DNA from: Octopus sinensis
Taxonomy: Eukaryota
Length of the DNA stretch: 64,000 bases
NCBI RefSeq assembly: GCF_006345805.1
Contig: NC_043012.1
Location: forward strand, 28,892,001-28,956,000
Direction: 5' to 3'
The translations under genes and the position numbers were made by a program. The notes under the pieces were generated by a model. That model made no database searches and had not been told where the DNA came from. It worked only from the letters and a program-made list of their open reading frames with translations. Within the stretch, counting starts at the first letter, position 1; every line of letters starts with the position of its first letter. This document shows positions 52,945 through 64,000 of this stretch, in pieces.

Positions 52945-53542
52945 ATGTTTGTATATATGTGTGTGTGTGTGTTTGGGTTTGTTATAGTGTGTTTGTATCT
53001 GTGGATGTTTTGGGATGTGTGTGCCCTTCTCGATGACTGTGAATTCCCATAACCTAATAACAATTTCTGCAAATTTTCTTTTATGTTTTTCTTCCATCTT
53101 ACTTCCCATAATTTCCCACCTCTCCTATTCTTTCCTTTCTTTTCATGCATTTTTATATTTACAATTTGCCCGTTCCTGTCTCCTCTCTCTTTTTTTACTT
53201 TGATTTATCCTTCCTCTCTTTCCCCTTCCCAATCTTTCTATACATCTCCTCCTTGTCTCACAATATTCTTGTTCGTTTCGATAACGTCATTTTAAATTCC
53301 TAGCGTCCCCTGTTCATATGTCAGTATTTTGTGAATGAATGAATAATAACGTATATGCGCTTAAGTAGGTGTGTGCATGTGTATACAATTATCTGTTTCG
53401 GTCTATCGATGTTTTGGGATGTGTATGCTCTTGTGTAGGTATATGATTGTTTGTTTATATGTATAAGTATGTGATCGTAAACGTATACTTTCGCATAAGA
53501 ATGTTTCTATGTTGCTGCCGCGAAAATATGTGCGAGTATATG

Positions 53543-53603
<61 letters not shown>

Positions 53604-53736
53604 CACATATGTCTGTGAGTATATTTCTGTCTATGTATTGAATATATATCTATGTGTGTTTGTGTGTATGTATATGTATATATTTATGTGTATGTTTATA
53701 TATAGGAAAATCTTTCTATCTATCTATCTATCTATC

Positions 53737-53791
<55 letters not shown>

Positions 53792-53814
53792 ATCTATCTA
53801 TCTATCTATCTATG

Positions 53815-53848
<34 letters not shown>

Positions 53849-54151
53849 CATGCATATATATATACATGTATATATATATATGTGTGTGTGTATATTTGTA
53901 TATATGTACATGTATATATATATGTGTGTGTGTATATATATTTGTATATATGTATATATTTTTTGTGTATGTGTATGTATATTAATGCGTGTTTATGTAT
54001 ATGTGTTTGTATACGCTTGTATTTTTTATATTTACACGTCACATATTTGAATGTGTGTACGCATGCGCGCATATGAATATAAATACGTTAAATTTTATAG
54101 GATTTTCTATTGCTGTTAACCTGTCTGTTTTATGAGTTAGTTATTTGTACC

Positions 54152-54235
54152 CTTCATGATGAGACTGATGCACTGCTGACCATAATTTGTCCTGTCGGAC
54201 ATTTTAAAGTGCATCCGTCGAAACATATGTAGAAG
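54152..54235 (+). ncRNA. Type I hammerhead with C3A core change
   Basis: CTTC-ATGATGA-GACTGATGCACT..AGTGCATCCGTC-GAA-ACATATGT-A-GAAG. Confidence 0.7.
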
Positions 54236-54384
54236 AATTCAAGATATAAATGGTTTAACAACATCTCGAGAATTCGTCTCCTGTCTAATCTTGCCATTTT
54301 CTACTAAATACGACTTACTATCTCGGATTTCAACATTTAGTTATCTTGTAAATATTCCACTATAGTTTTCCTTCAAATTGTAAA

Positions 54385-54420
<36 letters not shown>

Positions 54421-54464
54421 TTCTCTCTCTCTCTTTCTCTCTCTCTCTGTATATGTATATATAC

Positions 54465-54522
<58 letters not shown>

Positions 54523-55374
54523 GTGTGTGTATATATATATGTATACACAAATATATACATATACATATATATATATACACACATATGTATATACATATAT
54601 ATACTATCATATATATATTATACATGCACTGACGCTAACACGCATACATATGTGTATGTGCGTTTGCATGTGTGCATGATTGTTGTCGCTACATTGTTTA
54701 GACCCAGCACACATGATTGTACTCACTGAATTTTTTAGAAAAACTTGATGCCTAAAATTTACTTAATTCCTAACTTAAGATTACTATTATCTTCAACGAG
54801 GCCTATTATATTTTGCCTACTCTACTCATTCAGTATTAAATACATATATACATACATACTTATGCATATATACACATACATATATACATACATACGCATA
54901 CACTTATACATACATATATACATACATACACATGTAAATGAGTGCGTGTGAGTGTGTGTGTGTGTGCGCGCGCATTAATACGTGTCTGCGTATATACAGC
55001 CTTGTGGTGGAAATTAAGGTGATTGAAACGAATGTGTGGGAGACCACTGAGTGGGCTGTTACATGATTTCGAGGCGCCAGTCTTATCAAATTGTATCCCA
55101 CTAATTCTTTATGAAGATTACATTAAGGATACAAGTGTATGGAATACTCAACCACTTACATAATAATGAATTATTAGTGGGTTGATAGTTCCAGTGATCA
55201 GTCATCTAGAATACACATGCGTCTATACGGGATTTCAACATTATGTGTGTGTCTGTGTGTTTGTGTAAGTGGTTTTCTTTCTCTCTGTAATTTTAGAGTA
55301 AATTTTGAACGGCCACCGACTTGGTAGCAAAGTTGTGAAGTAAAGTATCTTGATTTAACCATCATCCTTTAAAT

Positions 55375-55705
55375 CTTAAGAACTTCTTAGAGTCCCAGAT
55401 ATCGTGATCATTTGTAACTTATGAATTAGGGATTTGCACTCTTGCCCCCAAGATTGCGAGATCAGCCCATACTTTGCTCCAGACGGGTCGGTATGTATCC
55501 TGTTGCTCCAATACTGATAAGTATGAAGCTGAAAGTGTACCTTGGGTACTGGATTTGCAAACACCTTATCAATGATCGATAGATCTCCACTTCTCCTGTA
55601 TTTTTCTGGTCAAATTCATGTCCAGACAGCAGCTGATTTCCACAATAGAACATATCTTTAGGTTGCGGTCCCACGCAACGATATATTCTTTAGACCTATC
55701 TGTCT
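55375..55705 (-). mobile_element. REL-endonuclease LINE 3' fragment
   Basis: IVAWDRNLKICSIVEISC..DMN..LIRCLQIQYPRY..ISIGATG. Confidence 0.65.
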
Positions 55706-55709
55706 CAGT

Positions 55710-55920
55710 TATGTATGTATGTATGTATGTATGTATGTATGTATGTATGTATGTATGTATGTATGTATGTATGTATGTATGTATGTATGTGTATGTATGT
55801 ATTATGTATGTATGTATGTATGTATGTGTATGTATGTATGTATGTATGTATGTATGTATGTATGTATGTATGTATGTATGTATGTATGTATGTATGTATG
55901 TATGTATGCATGTATGTATG
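55710..55920. repeat. (TATG)n microsatellite
   Basis: Directly visible. Confidence 0.95.
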
Positions 55921-56399
55921 AATAAAGACAAACCTGAAATCTATACGACAACCTCATAACTCATACTGACAGGCAGCCATGTAAGCCAGTACATGTAGGG
56001 TGGGCTCATCATTGACAAAATCGGTATCATCAAAACGTTTCGCGAATCTTGTGGTTTCTGAACACTCATATAAGATGAAAATACTCGCCCAAAGATTAAT
56101 CAACTTAAGGGAATCAACTATTCATTATCGTGAATATATAAATACGCATGTGCGTATATATCTGCATTTACACGTGTATGCACATCCGCCCAGGAGAAGG
56201 GCACTCTTACTTGGGACTTGCAGTTTTAATGTCCCTGGTGGTCTTGGTTGTTTTTGTTTGTTACAAGTTTAGACACTTCAAGCATTTGGAAAGCAGCATT
56301 CATTTTGCACGAATGTGTAGCCCTTTAAATCTATACCTATATGTGTATATATGTGTAGGCATGAATGTATGAGTATACATACATAGATACATGCATACG

Positions 56400-57011
56400 T
56401 TACAGTATTATCTACCGATGAGACATTGTGTTATAGCCTGGACACTGTATAACGAGATCCGACGAAAGGATAACCCCGAGGACAAAGAAATAAGAACCCA
56501 AAGTATGGTACAAGCCATAGCTACTCATCATGGAAAGGAGTACTGGCGGATTGTCCCAGTGAAAACTTCAATAGATCACAATAGACCTGATGTAATGATT
56601 TGGGATAGAGAAGAGATACTGTATACAGTTGTGGAGATCAGCTGCCCAGCGGATGTTAACATACAACTGAAGATCAGTGAAAAAGAGAATACCTACGCAG
56701 AACTTTTGAGAAATCTATCCAGTGACTCTATCCAGATTACAAATTCAGATTTATACCTGTAGTTATTGGGGTACTAGGATATGTAATACACTAAATACCA
56801 ATCTTGAGAAATTAGGCTTCTCAAAACCAGAAAGGAGAAAGCCACTAAGAAGACTACAGATTCAAGCCGTCACTGGAACTGTAAAATCTATAAACCTTTC
56901 CAGACATTTATCATTTAAGTATACATGAGCATGTCTAGATATGCAAGTATATGCATGAGAAAACATACATTAAACAAGACATGCAAATTTGCACGTAAAT
57001 AGATAGATGGT

Positions 57012-57088
<77 letters not shown>

Positions 57089-57225
57089 CATGCATACATA
57101 CATACATACATACAGACAGACAGACATACATGCATACATACTCTGTTGTTGATGTCGAAATTCCAATGGATCTAGGTTAGAAACTGGCTCTTTCCTTATT
57201 GGTAAGAAATCTTGAAATAAAACTG
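56400..57225 (+). mobile_element. R4-like LINE 3' fragment (REL endonuclease plus 3' UTR) in (CATA)/(TATG) context
   Basis: YYLPMRH..HNRPDVMIWD..VVEISCPADVN..KISEKENTYAELLRNL. Confidence 0.8.
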
Positions 57226-57569
57226 TATGTATGTATGTATGTATTATGTATGTATGTATGTATGTATGTATGTATGCATGCATGCATGCATGCATGCATG
57301 TATGTATGTATGTATGTATGTATGTATGTATACAGGGAAGTGGGAGAATACTGTCAAAATTAACGAAAATAAGAAACCAAAGTTAAAACAAAGTAATTAT
57401 TAGTACCTTTGACCTTGCGAACTTAGGCTTTTCTTTAGAAAAATCGATAGATTGAGGGGAGATATAAATAATAAGGAAAGGAAAAAGGGTGACAGCAAAA
57501 TAAAGATGTATTGTTCTGTCACAAATCATGGTGAATTCGACAAGGAATGAAAAAGGATGGAATTTTAGG

Positions 57570-57750
57570 CAAATTATATCGTTAGCACGCCTGGCAAAAT
57601 TCGGAATTGAAATTCTGTGGAGGTCGAATTATTTTTTATCCTTTCGGAGTTGATAAAGTAAGTATCCGTTGGACACCGAGGATCGATGTAATCGACTTTC
57701 GCCCTCCCTTGAAATTACTGGCCTTGTGCCAAAATTTGAAACCAATTACA
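57570..57750 (+). mobile_element. SINE family E-like, diverged
   Basis: ATCGTTAGCACGCC..ATCCTTTCGGAGTTGATAAA..GATCGATGTAATCGACT. Confidence 0.6.
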
Positions 57751-58165
57751 TATATCCACATGTGTGTCAGTGGCTGTTTTTTATGTATTGTGAATTCGGA
57801 ATATATGGTATAGTATGAATGGGTCAGATAATGTGTGTGCATGTGTGTGTGTGTGTGTGTGTGTGTGTAAACAAACTAGCATGTGCGCTTTCTGCGATGA
57901 ATTAATAAGCGGTGCCGAATTTTACAATTCTGTAAATATTAATAATAGAGTGTGAATATGTATTTTTATGTGACGTGTATTTAGTTGGTTAGTGTGCGTG
58001 ATGGTGTTATGGTGAGAAGGTAGTTGTATGTCTGCGCCGTTACTATGACTATGTGTTTGATTCATTGTTACTACGAGTGTACATACCTCTGTGCGTGCGT
58101 GTGTGTGTGTGTGGTGTGTGTGTGTGCGTGTGTGTGTGTGTGTGTGTGCGTGTGTATGTGTGTGT

Positions 58166-58208
<43 letters not shown>

Positions 58209-58934
58209 GCGTACATATTTTTGTTTCGTTGTTCCTTAGCCTACTTTGTAAACTAAAAAAATTAAAAAAGTTCAACGTATATACATAGAAATATACACAT
58301 ACTGGATCACAACCCTGTTCATCATTTCCACAAGAATGGAAATTTAAACAACGAGCTGCAAATATTAATATGAAATCTTACAGAATATCTATTACAAAGT
58401 GCGCCGACAAGTACAGCCGTAACGCATTCATGGAGATATAAATTTATGCATGCATACGTACCTATATATTATAAGCAGAATCAGGTGCTCCATAAACAAG
58501 CGTATACCGATATAAATTTATATGTAGACTAACTAAATTAATAACTTCTCGAGATATAGGCATTAAAATAGATATATACTGGGGCACAAAGGTATTTCTG
58601 GAAACTGGGTGCATGCAAGAAATACAAGTAGAATCTTGTTGAGCCAAGGACAAGATAACAGAAATAAGAATTTAATTACATTATATAGACAGACTTCACG
58701 GACAAAAGAAGAGAAATTATCGTTACGTTATATTTCATCTTAATATTCAAACGTCGTCGCTTACGATCTTACTGAATGACCACCACATCTTGTAGGTATT
58801 TACCATCATATAACTGTTCATACTTCAAAGAATCATTTCCCACTTGTTCTACATACGATGAAGATCGACAGAATCTACACAGACCTCTGTGTGGAATGAA
58901 GGATTTAATTATAATATCTGTACGCGCATATATA

Positions 58935-59156
58935 TTTCTTTATTGCCCACAAGGCGCTAAACACAGAGGGGACAAACAAGGACAGACAAATGGATTAAGT
59001 CGATTACACCGACCCCAGAGCGAAACTGGTACTTAATTTATCGACCCCGAAAGCATGAAAGGCAAAGTCGACCTAGGCGGAATTTGAACTCACAACGTGA
59101 CGGCAGACGAAATACGGCTACGCATTTCGCCCGGCCTGCTAACGATTCTGCCAGCT
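58935..59156 (-). mobile_element. SINE family E
   Basis: Minus strand GCTGGCAGAATCGTTAGCA..GAGTTCAAATTCC (B-box-like)..CTTTGCCTTTCAT..GGGGTCGATAAATTAAGTACCAG. Confidence 0.8.
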
Positions 59157-59366
59157 GTACGCGCATATAACCGCTTAAATGCCCGTACTCACGGTATGTA
59201 TTGCACAGTTTCATTGTCAATATATGAAAATTAATACAAGCATAAACGATATGTATAAGTGTGTGTTAGTTTTAATTTATCGCCCAGTTAACTCCACCAT
59301 CTTGGCATCTTTGTTGCCTCTAGCGGAGTATTGCAAATTTTTGGGCGCAGAGAGATGAAATAGTTA

Positions 59367-59417
<51 letters not shown>

Positions 59418-59466
59418 CAAACACACACACATACACAAACACATACAACACACTCATATACATATA

Positions 59467-60660
59467 TACGAGGCTAAAAAGTTTATAGGCTGACCAAGGC
59501 ACTCTCATGGAACGAAAAGTTTATTTTTCAACGTAATTCTTCCACTTGCAGTCCATATAATTCTGTTGGTGTTGCAGTGCTAGGATCTCATTGGTTAAGA
59601 AATTTTCATCTTGTTGGCCAATAAAGTCACCAGTAGAAGTTATGACGTCATCAACATTACGCTACTGGATCCTATTCAAGTGTTTTCTCTTGTTGATAGT
59701 CGGATGAATAGTGTAGGTGATCAACCAGTTCCAAGCCACAGTCACGCAATACAGTCATTGATACCAAGAACTTCTGTGTTGGAACATTGATCTGATGAAA
59801 TAAAATCCATTTTGTCAGTTTCCCTGAGCGTTTGGTCCTGATAGCCTTTCGTAACTGCCTAAGCAAGTTGGCAGGATACTCTCCATTAATGGCGTGACCC
59901 TTTTGAAGATAGTCAATAAGCACAATGCCTTTCGCGTCCCATAAAACTGAGGCTGTCACCTTCTCTGCAGATGAAACGACTCTGTTCTTCTTTGGAGCAG
60001 GTGAGAATGGGTGTTTCCACGGCATGGACTGTCTTTTTGTCTCTGGCTCAAAGTAATGAAGCCAAGACTCAGCTTTGGTTAGAAAACGTCAATGAAACCA
60101 ACTGGATCTGCATCGAACAATGTCAGATTTTTCCGTGATGGGACCAGCTGGTGTGCTTTGGATGAGGTGTCACAAGAAGTGGTACTCACCGAGCAGAATG
60201 CTTCGTCATGCTAAGTTCACTGTGCAAATTCTCAACTCTCTCACGGGATATGTTAACAGCATTGGCTATTTGATTCATAGTCAATTGTCTTCCAGCCATC
60301 ATCATATGGTAAACACGACCAATGTCTTCCTCGGTGGTGGCAATTTCAAAGACCTTGGGTCATCTTCAAGGTTCTCTGTTCCTCTTTTGAATTCAGCTGC
60401 CAACTTTTGCACTGTTGGTAAAGCTGGAGCGTCATCCCCTAATGTAGAAACCATGTCAGCATGAATGCTATTGAGGACTAAACCTTTTTTCTGCAAGTAC
60501 ATCACGATACCAAATTTTGTCCATTTTCAATAGAAGTCACTACTAGTTACTTTTGAAGTCCTCTTTGAACAGTCAGATGTCACTTTACATGGACAGAAAC
60601 AATGCAGTTATTAATAAGAAGATTTGAAATTAATGCATGCAAGATTTCACAGCTCTACCA
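59467..60660 (-). mobile_element. Degenerate mariner transposon
   Basis: IHADMVSTLGDDAP..AEFKRG..LEDDPRS and KVTASVLWDAKGIVLIDYLQKG..LRKAIRTKR. Boundaries approximate. Confidence 0.85.
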
Positions 60661-61073
60661 ACACTCCTTAATAGTTAGCCTAATCGGACATGATACGCCC
60701 TTTCAATGTAGGAATAGTCCTAGGATTAACATGATATATTTCATTCAACGCTGCTTCAAGCGACATTATTTATTTGATTCTAGCATCAACAAGGATAAGC
60801 ACATCAGCAAACATACCATTTTCTGTTTTCATAAGTATAGTTCTATGCTAACCGGAAAGTGAATGAGTTATTTTCCAGAGCAGCCATAGCGAAATGGCGC
60901 AGAAACGCATGCATCCTATGATCCAATAACGTCACTCACAACCCAAAATGAAATGTTTAGACAAGCCTTGGTGGAGGATGTTCTCCCGAGACTATTCCAA
61001 CAGCAAACGGTCTTATCACGTCCGATTACACTCGAACGTGTTAAATATTAATCTACACAAACATACACACGTG

Positions 61074-61104
<31 letters not shown>

Positions 61105-61892
61105 TGTGTGTGGAGAGAGAGAGAGAGAGAGAGAGAGAATGGGGGAGAGAAAGAAATATGAACGAAGTCGGGCATTAATAACTTTCATGTTTTTCGGCGT
61201 TCATGCATACTTTCTTCCAGTTATACACAGTAATAGTTCACAACATTCTTTGGAGAATGGAACCTGAGATATAAAGACCTAAACAATCAATTCTTTGAAT
61301 CAAGTTTCGTGATGTGCCATTTAATCTGAAATATACTCCTTTCTCACCCTCTACTGTTAGTATATTTCTTTTCTTCCGAAATGTGATTATCTTCCTGAAA
61401 GAAGTAACAGGCGGTTGAAATAAACATATAACTTTCTACTACTTTCTAGATATGTCGCTACTTGTAAACGATACACTAGAAAATTATACGTCTTCATAAA
61501 AAGCATACTTAATGAGACGAAAATTTTCACAGATTTACTTTTACAGTTCATTTTATACGCGATTTGCGTTCTAGAAATTAACAATATCGTATGTGCGTGC
61601 ATATGTGTGTGTGGGTGTGTGTGAATAAGACAGGAAGAGAAAGAAAGACTGTGAAAGAGAAATGAACACAATGAGACAGGGGTCTTTGAGTGTGTATATT
61701 TGTGTGAATGTATGCATTTGTATTTCCAAGCTCAACGAGCGGATGATGAATCATTCATATCCGTTTAGTCCACATCGAAAGTCATATCAAAACATTACAA
61801 AGATCATGTTAAGGACTTTCTGTTCCTCTATATTTCTCTCCCTCTCTCTCTCCTCTCTCTTTCCCTCTCTTTCTATCGCTCTTTCTCTCTCA

Positions 61893-61941
<49 letters not shown>

Positions 61942-61951
61942 ATATATGTAT

Positions 61952-63287
61952 ATAGCAGAGACACCCGGCGTTGCTCGGGATTAAAATGGCATAGTTTGTA
62001 TATATATTATAATTATGTTGAAACATGTGATATGGGAAAGTGCAGCATTGACAACAAAACATTTGTGGAGTAAATGATGGGCTAATTCCACTAAGCAACA
62101 TGCTATGTGTCTGTCTGGAGTATTTTGGGCTCTAACCTGTGTGTGTGTGGGGGGGGGTATGTGATTTTTGAACGCACCGAAAAGCTGTTAGTGGATATAC
62201 TCTCTTTTGCAGCAGTCGGTGCTGTGTCTAACACGACCCATCACCTGAAATATTGACACCTCCTTCGGGGTTGTTGTCCTACATCACCCATAAAGTAAAT
62301 TTGGAGGAACTGTGGTTGTTCCTTTGTGGGTAACATGGAACTAATGAGGTGATAGACTTGCCCTTGAACTTTAACGTCGTCGTAAATTCATGTTTATCTA
62401 TCTTCAAACGATGTCATTTGCAGAGTTGTATTGTTTGATATTGTTGAGAACATCCTTTGACTGGATGGAAATGCCTTCTAGAAGATCCATAAGAGCTTGA
62501 AAAGGAGCTGGTAGTGCTGGCAATGTTATCTGGCAGCCTGAGCAGAACATACCATTTGTTTCATTTGGAAATTTGAAAGCTCTACAGAAAAGACAATTTG
62601 TACTTAGCGCACCAATCTGGACAGAGTTATCATTTTTATAAAAATGGGATGGATCGTATCTGAAAACAGATTCAGGAGTTGTGAAGAAGGAATTTGTACG
62701 TAGTCTGTTTCTGAGAGCTATTCTATTGGACCTCTGTCTAATCATTAAAACATTGATTTAATGATCCAGCATCAAGTGCTGCAACATGCATTTACTGATG
62801 TCGAGAAAATCTCATACAGCTTCTCTCTTCATACCCTCGCGTTCGGTTTTCTACAATCCTCTTTGCTTTATCCTTGTTTCTGGAGAGATTAAGTCCTTTC
62901 TTTCGTGGCATATTTTCCCCATTATTGTAAACAAAAAAATATGAACTTAGAAAGAAATTATACATTAATCCCTACTTTTGTATGCAGTTGTATCCGTAAA
63001 ATATTTATTTGAAGAAAGCAGAAATTAAAAGAAGAGAAAGCGAAAAGAATAAAGAAAGAAAGTGAAAGATGTATGTACGTGTATATGAAATGGATGTGTG
63101 TGTAAGTGCGTGCGGGCTTGTGCGTGTGTATGTGAGAGAGAAAGAGGGTGAGAAAGATAGATAGAGTGAGTGAATGAAGATGTCTGTCGTGATGAGTGAT
63201 GAACAATACTCGAACGCGTTCGGATGAACAATACTCGAGTTATAAGCCCACAAAACAGACAGACGGAACGAATTTTATATATTAAGA
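61952..63287 (-). mobile_element. Internally deleted Helitron retaining the RepHel N-terminal Zn-finger region
   Basis: 5' A|TC end at 63287. 3' hairpin CCCGAGCAACGCCGGG. Translation IGALSTNCLFCRAFKFPNETNGMFCSG..LP..LL..NIKQYNS followed by TLKFKG-like sequence. Confidence 0.85.
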
Positions 63288-63524
63288 TGAGACGAAAAAA
63301 ACAGCTTGACTTAGTAAAAAGAGTAATCAAATCGTCCTCAAACTACACTCTTTCGTCTGAAAGCGACACAGTGGATAATGTAGTGATAAACAAAAATCGG
63401 TTATGGTCATTCCTGGAATACAGTTGATGAGGGTTAAACAATAACATCAACAAAGTGATTTATAAGCAATGTAATATTGAATAATGCAGTCAGTATCAAA
63501 TCCTTTCATACGAGAATGAATGAA

Positions 63525-64000
63525 TGAATGAAGAAGGGAAGGAAGGAAGGAAGGTAGGAAGGAGGGAAGGAAGGAAGGAAGGAAGGAAGAAAGGAAGGAA
63601 GGAAGGTAGGAAGGTAGGAAGGAAGGGAAGAAGGAAGGAAGGAAGGAAGGAAGGGAGAGAGGAAGGAAGGAAGAAGGAAGGAAGGAAGGGAGGGAGAGAG
63701 GAAGGAAGGCAGGTAGGAAGGAAGGAAAGTAGGAAGGAAGGAAGGAAGGAAGGAAGAAAGAAAGGAAGGAAGGTAGGAAGGTAGGAAGGAAGGGAAGAAG
63801 GAAGGAAGGAAGGAGGAAGGAAGGAAGGAAGGGAGAGAGGAAGGAAGGGAGGGAGGAAGGAAGATAGGAAGGGAGAGAGGAAGGAAGGAAGAAGGAAGGA
63901 AGGAAGGAAGGAAGGAAAGAAGGAAGGGAGAGAGGAAGGAAGGGAGGGAGGAAGGAAGGAAGGTAGGAAGGAAGGAAGGAAGGATGGAAGGAAGGAAGGA
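63525..64000. repeat. (GGAA)n polypurine microsatellite
   Basis: Directly visible; runs off the window end. Confidence 0.95.

Noticed and set aside
60872-61051. Acceptor-like TTTTCCAG followed by a ~50-codon open frame
   Set aside because: All three frames read from the acceptor hit early stops, and there is no recognisable homology.

Overview
AT-rich, microsatellite-saturated eukaryotic intergenic or intronic DNA. It is most likely cephalopod (Octopus-like), inferred from the SINE families and repeat landscape. No intact host protein-coding gene is recognisable, and nearly all supplied ORFs are translations of simple repeats. The window is a nested transposon graveyard: Penelope-like elements (PLE; RT and GIY-YIG remnants), R4/Dong-, HERO-, RTE- and CR1-type LINE fragments, mariner/Tc1/pogo and hAT DNA transposons, two Helitrons and several tRNA-derived SINE families. 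The main hidden signal is about 14 type I hammerhead ribozyme (HHR) motifs (CTGANGA..stem II..GAAA..stem III..TH) from roughly 9 sequence families. They sit in small (TA)n-embedded elements with tandem or fold-back architecture, and most have family-specific palindromic stem III sequences (dimeric-HHR type). One fold-back copy turns around at the predicted cleavage site of its family's HHR. All folds and translations were done by eye, and no catalytic activity is demonstrated.
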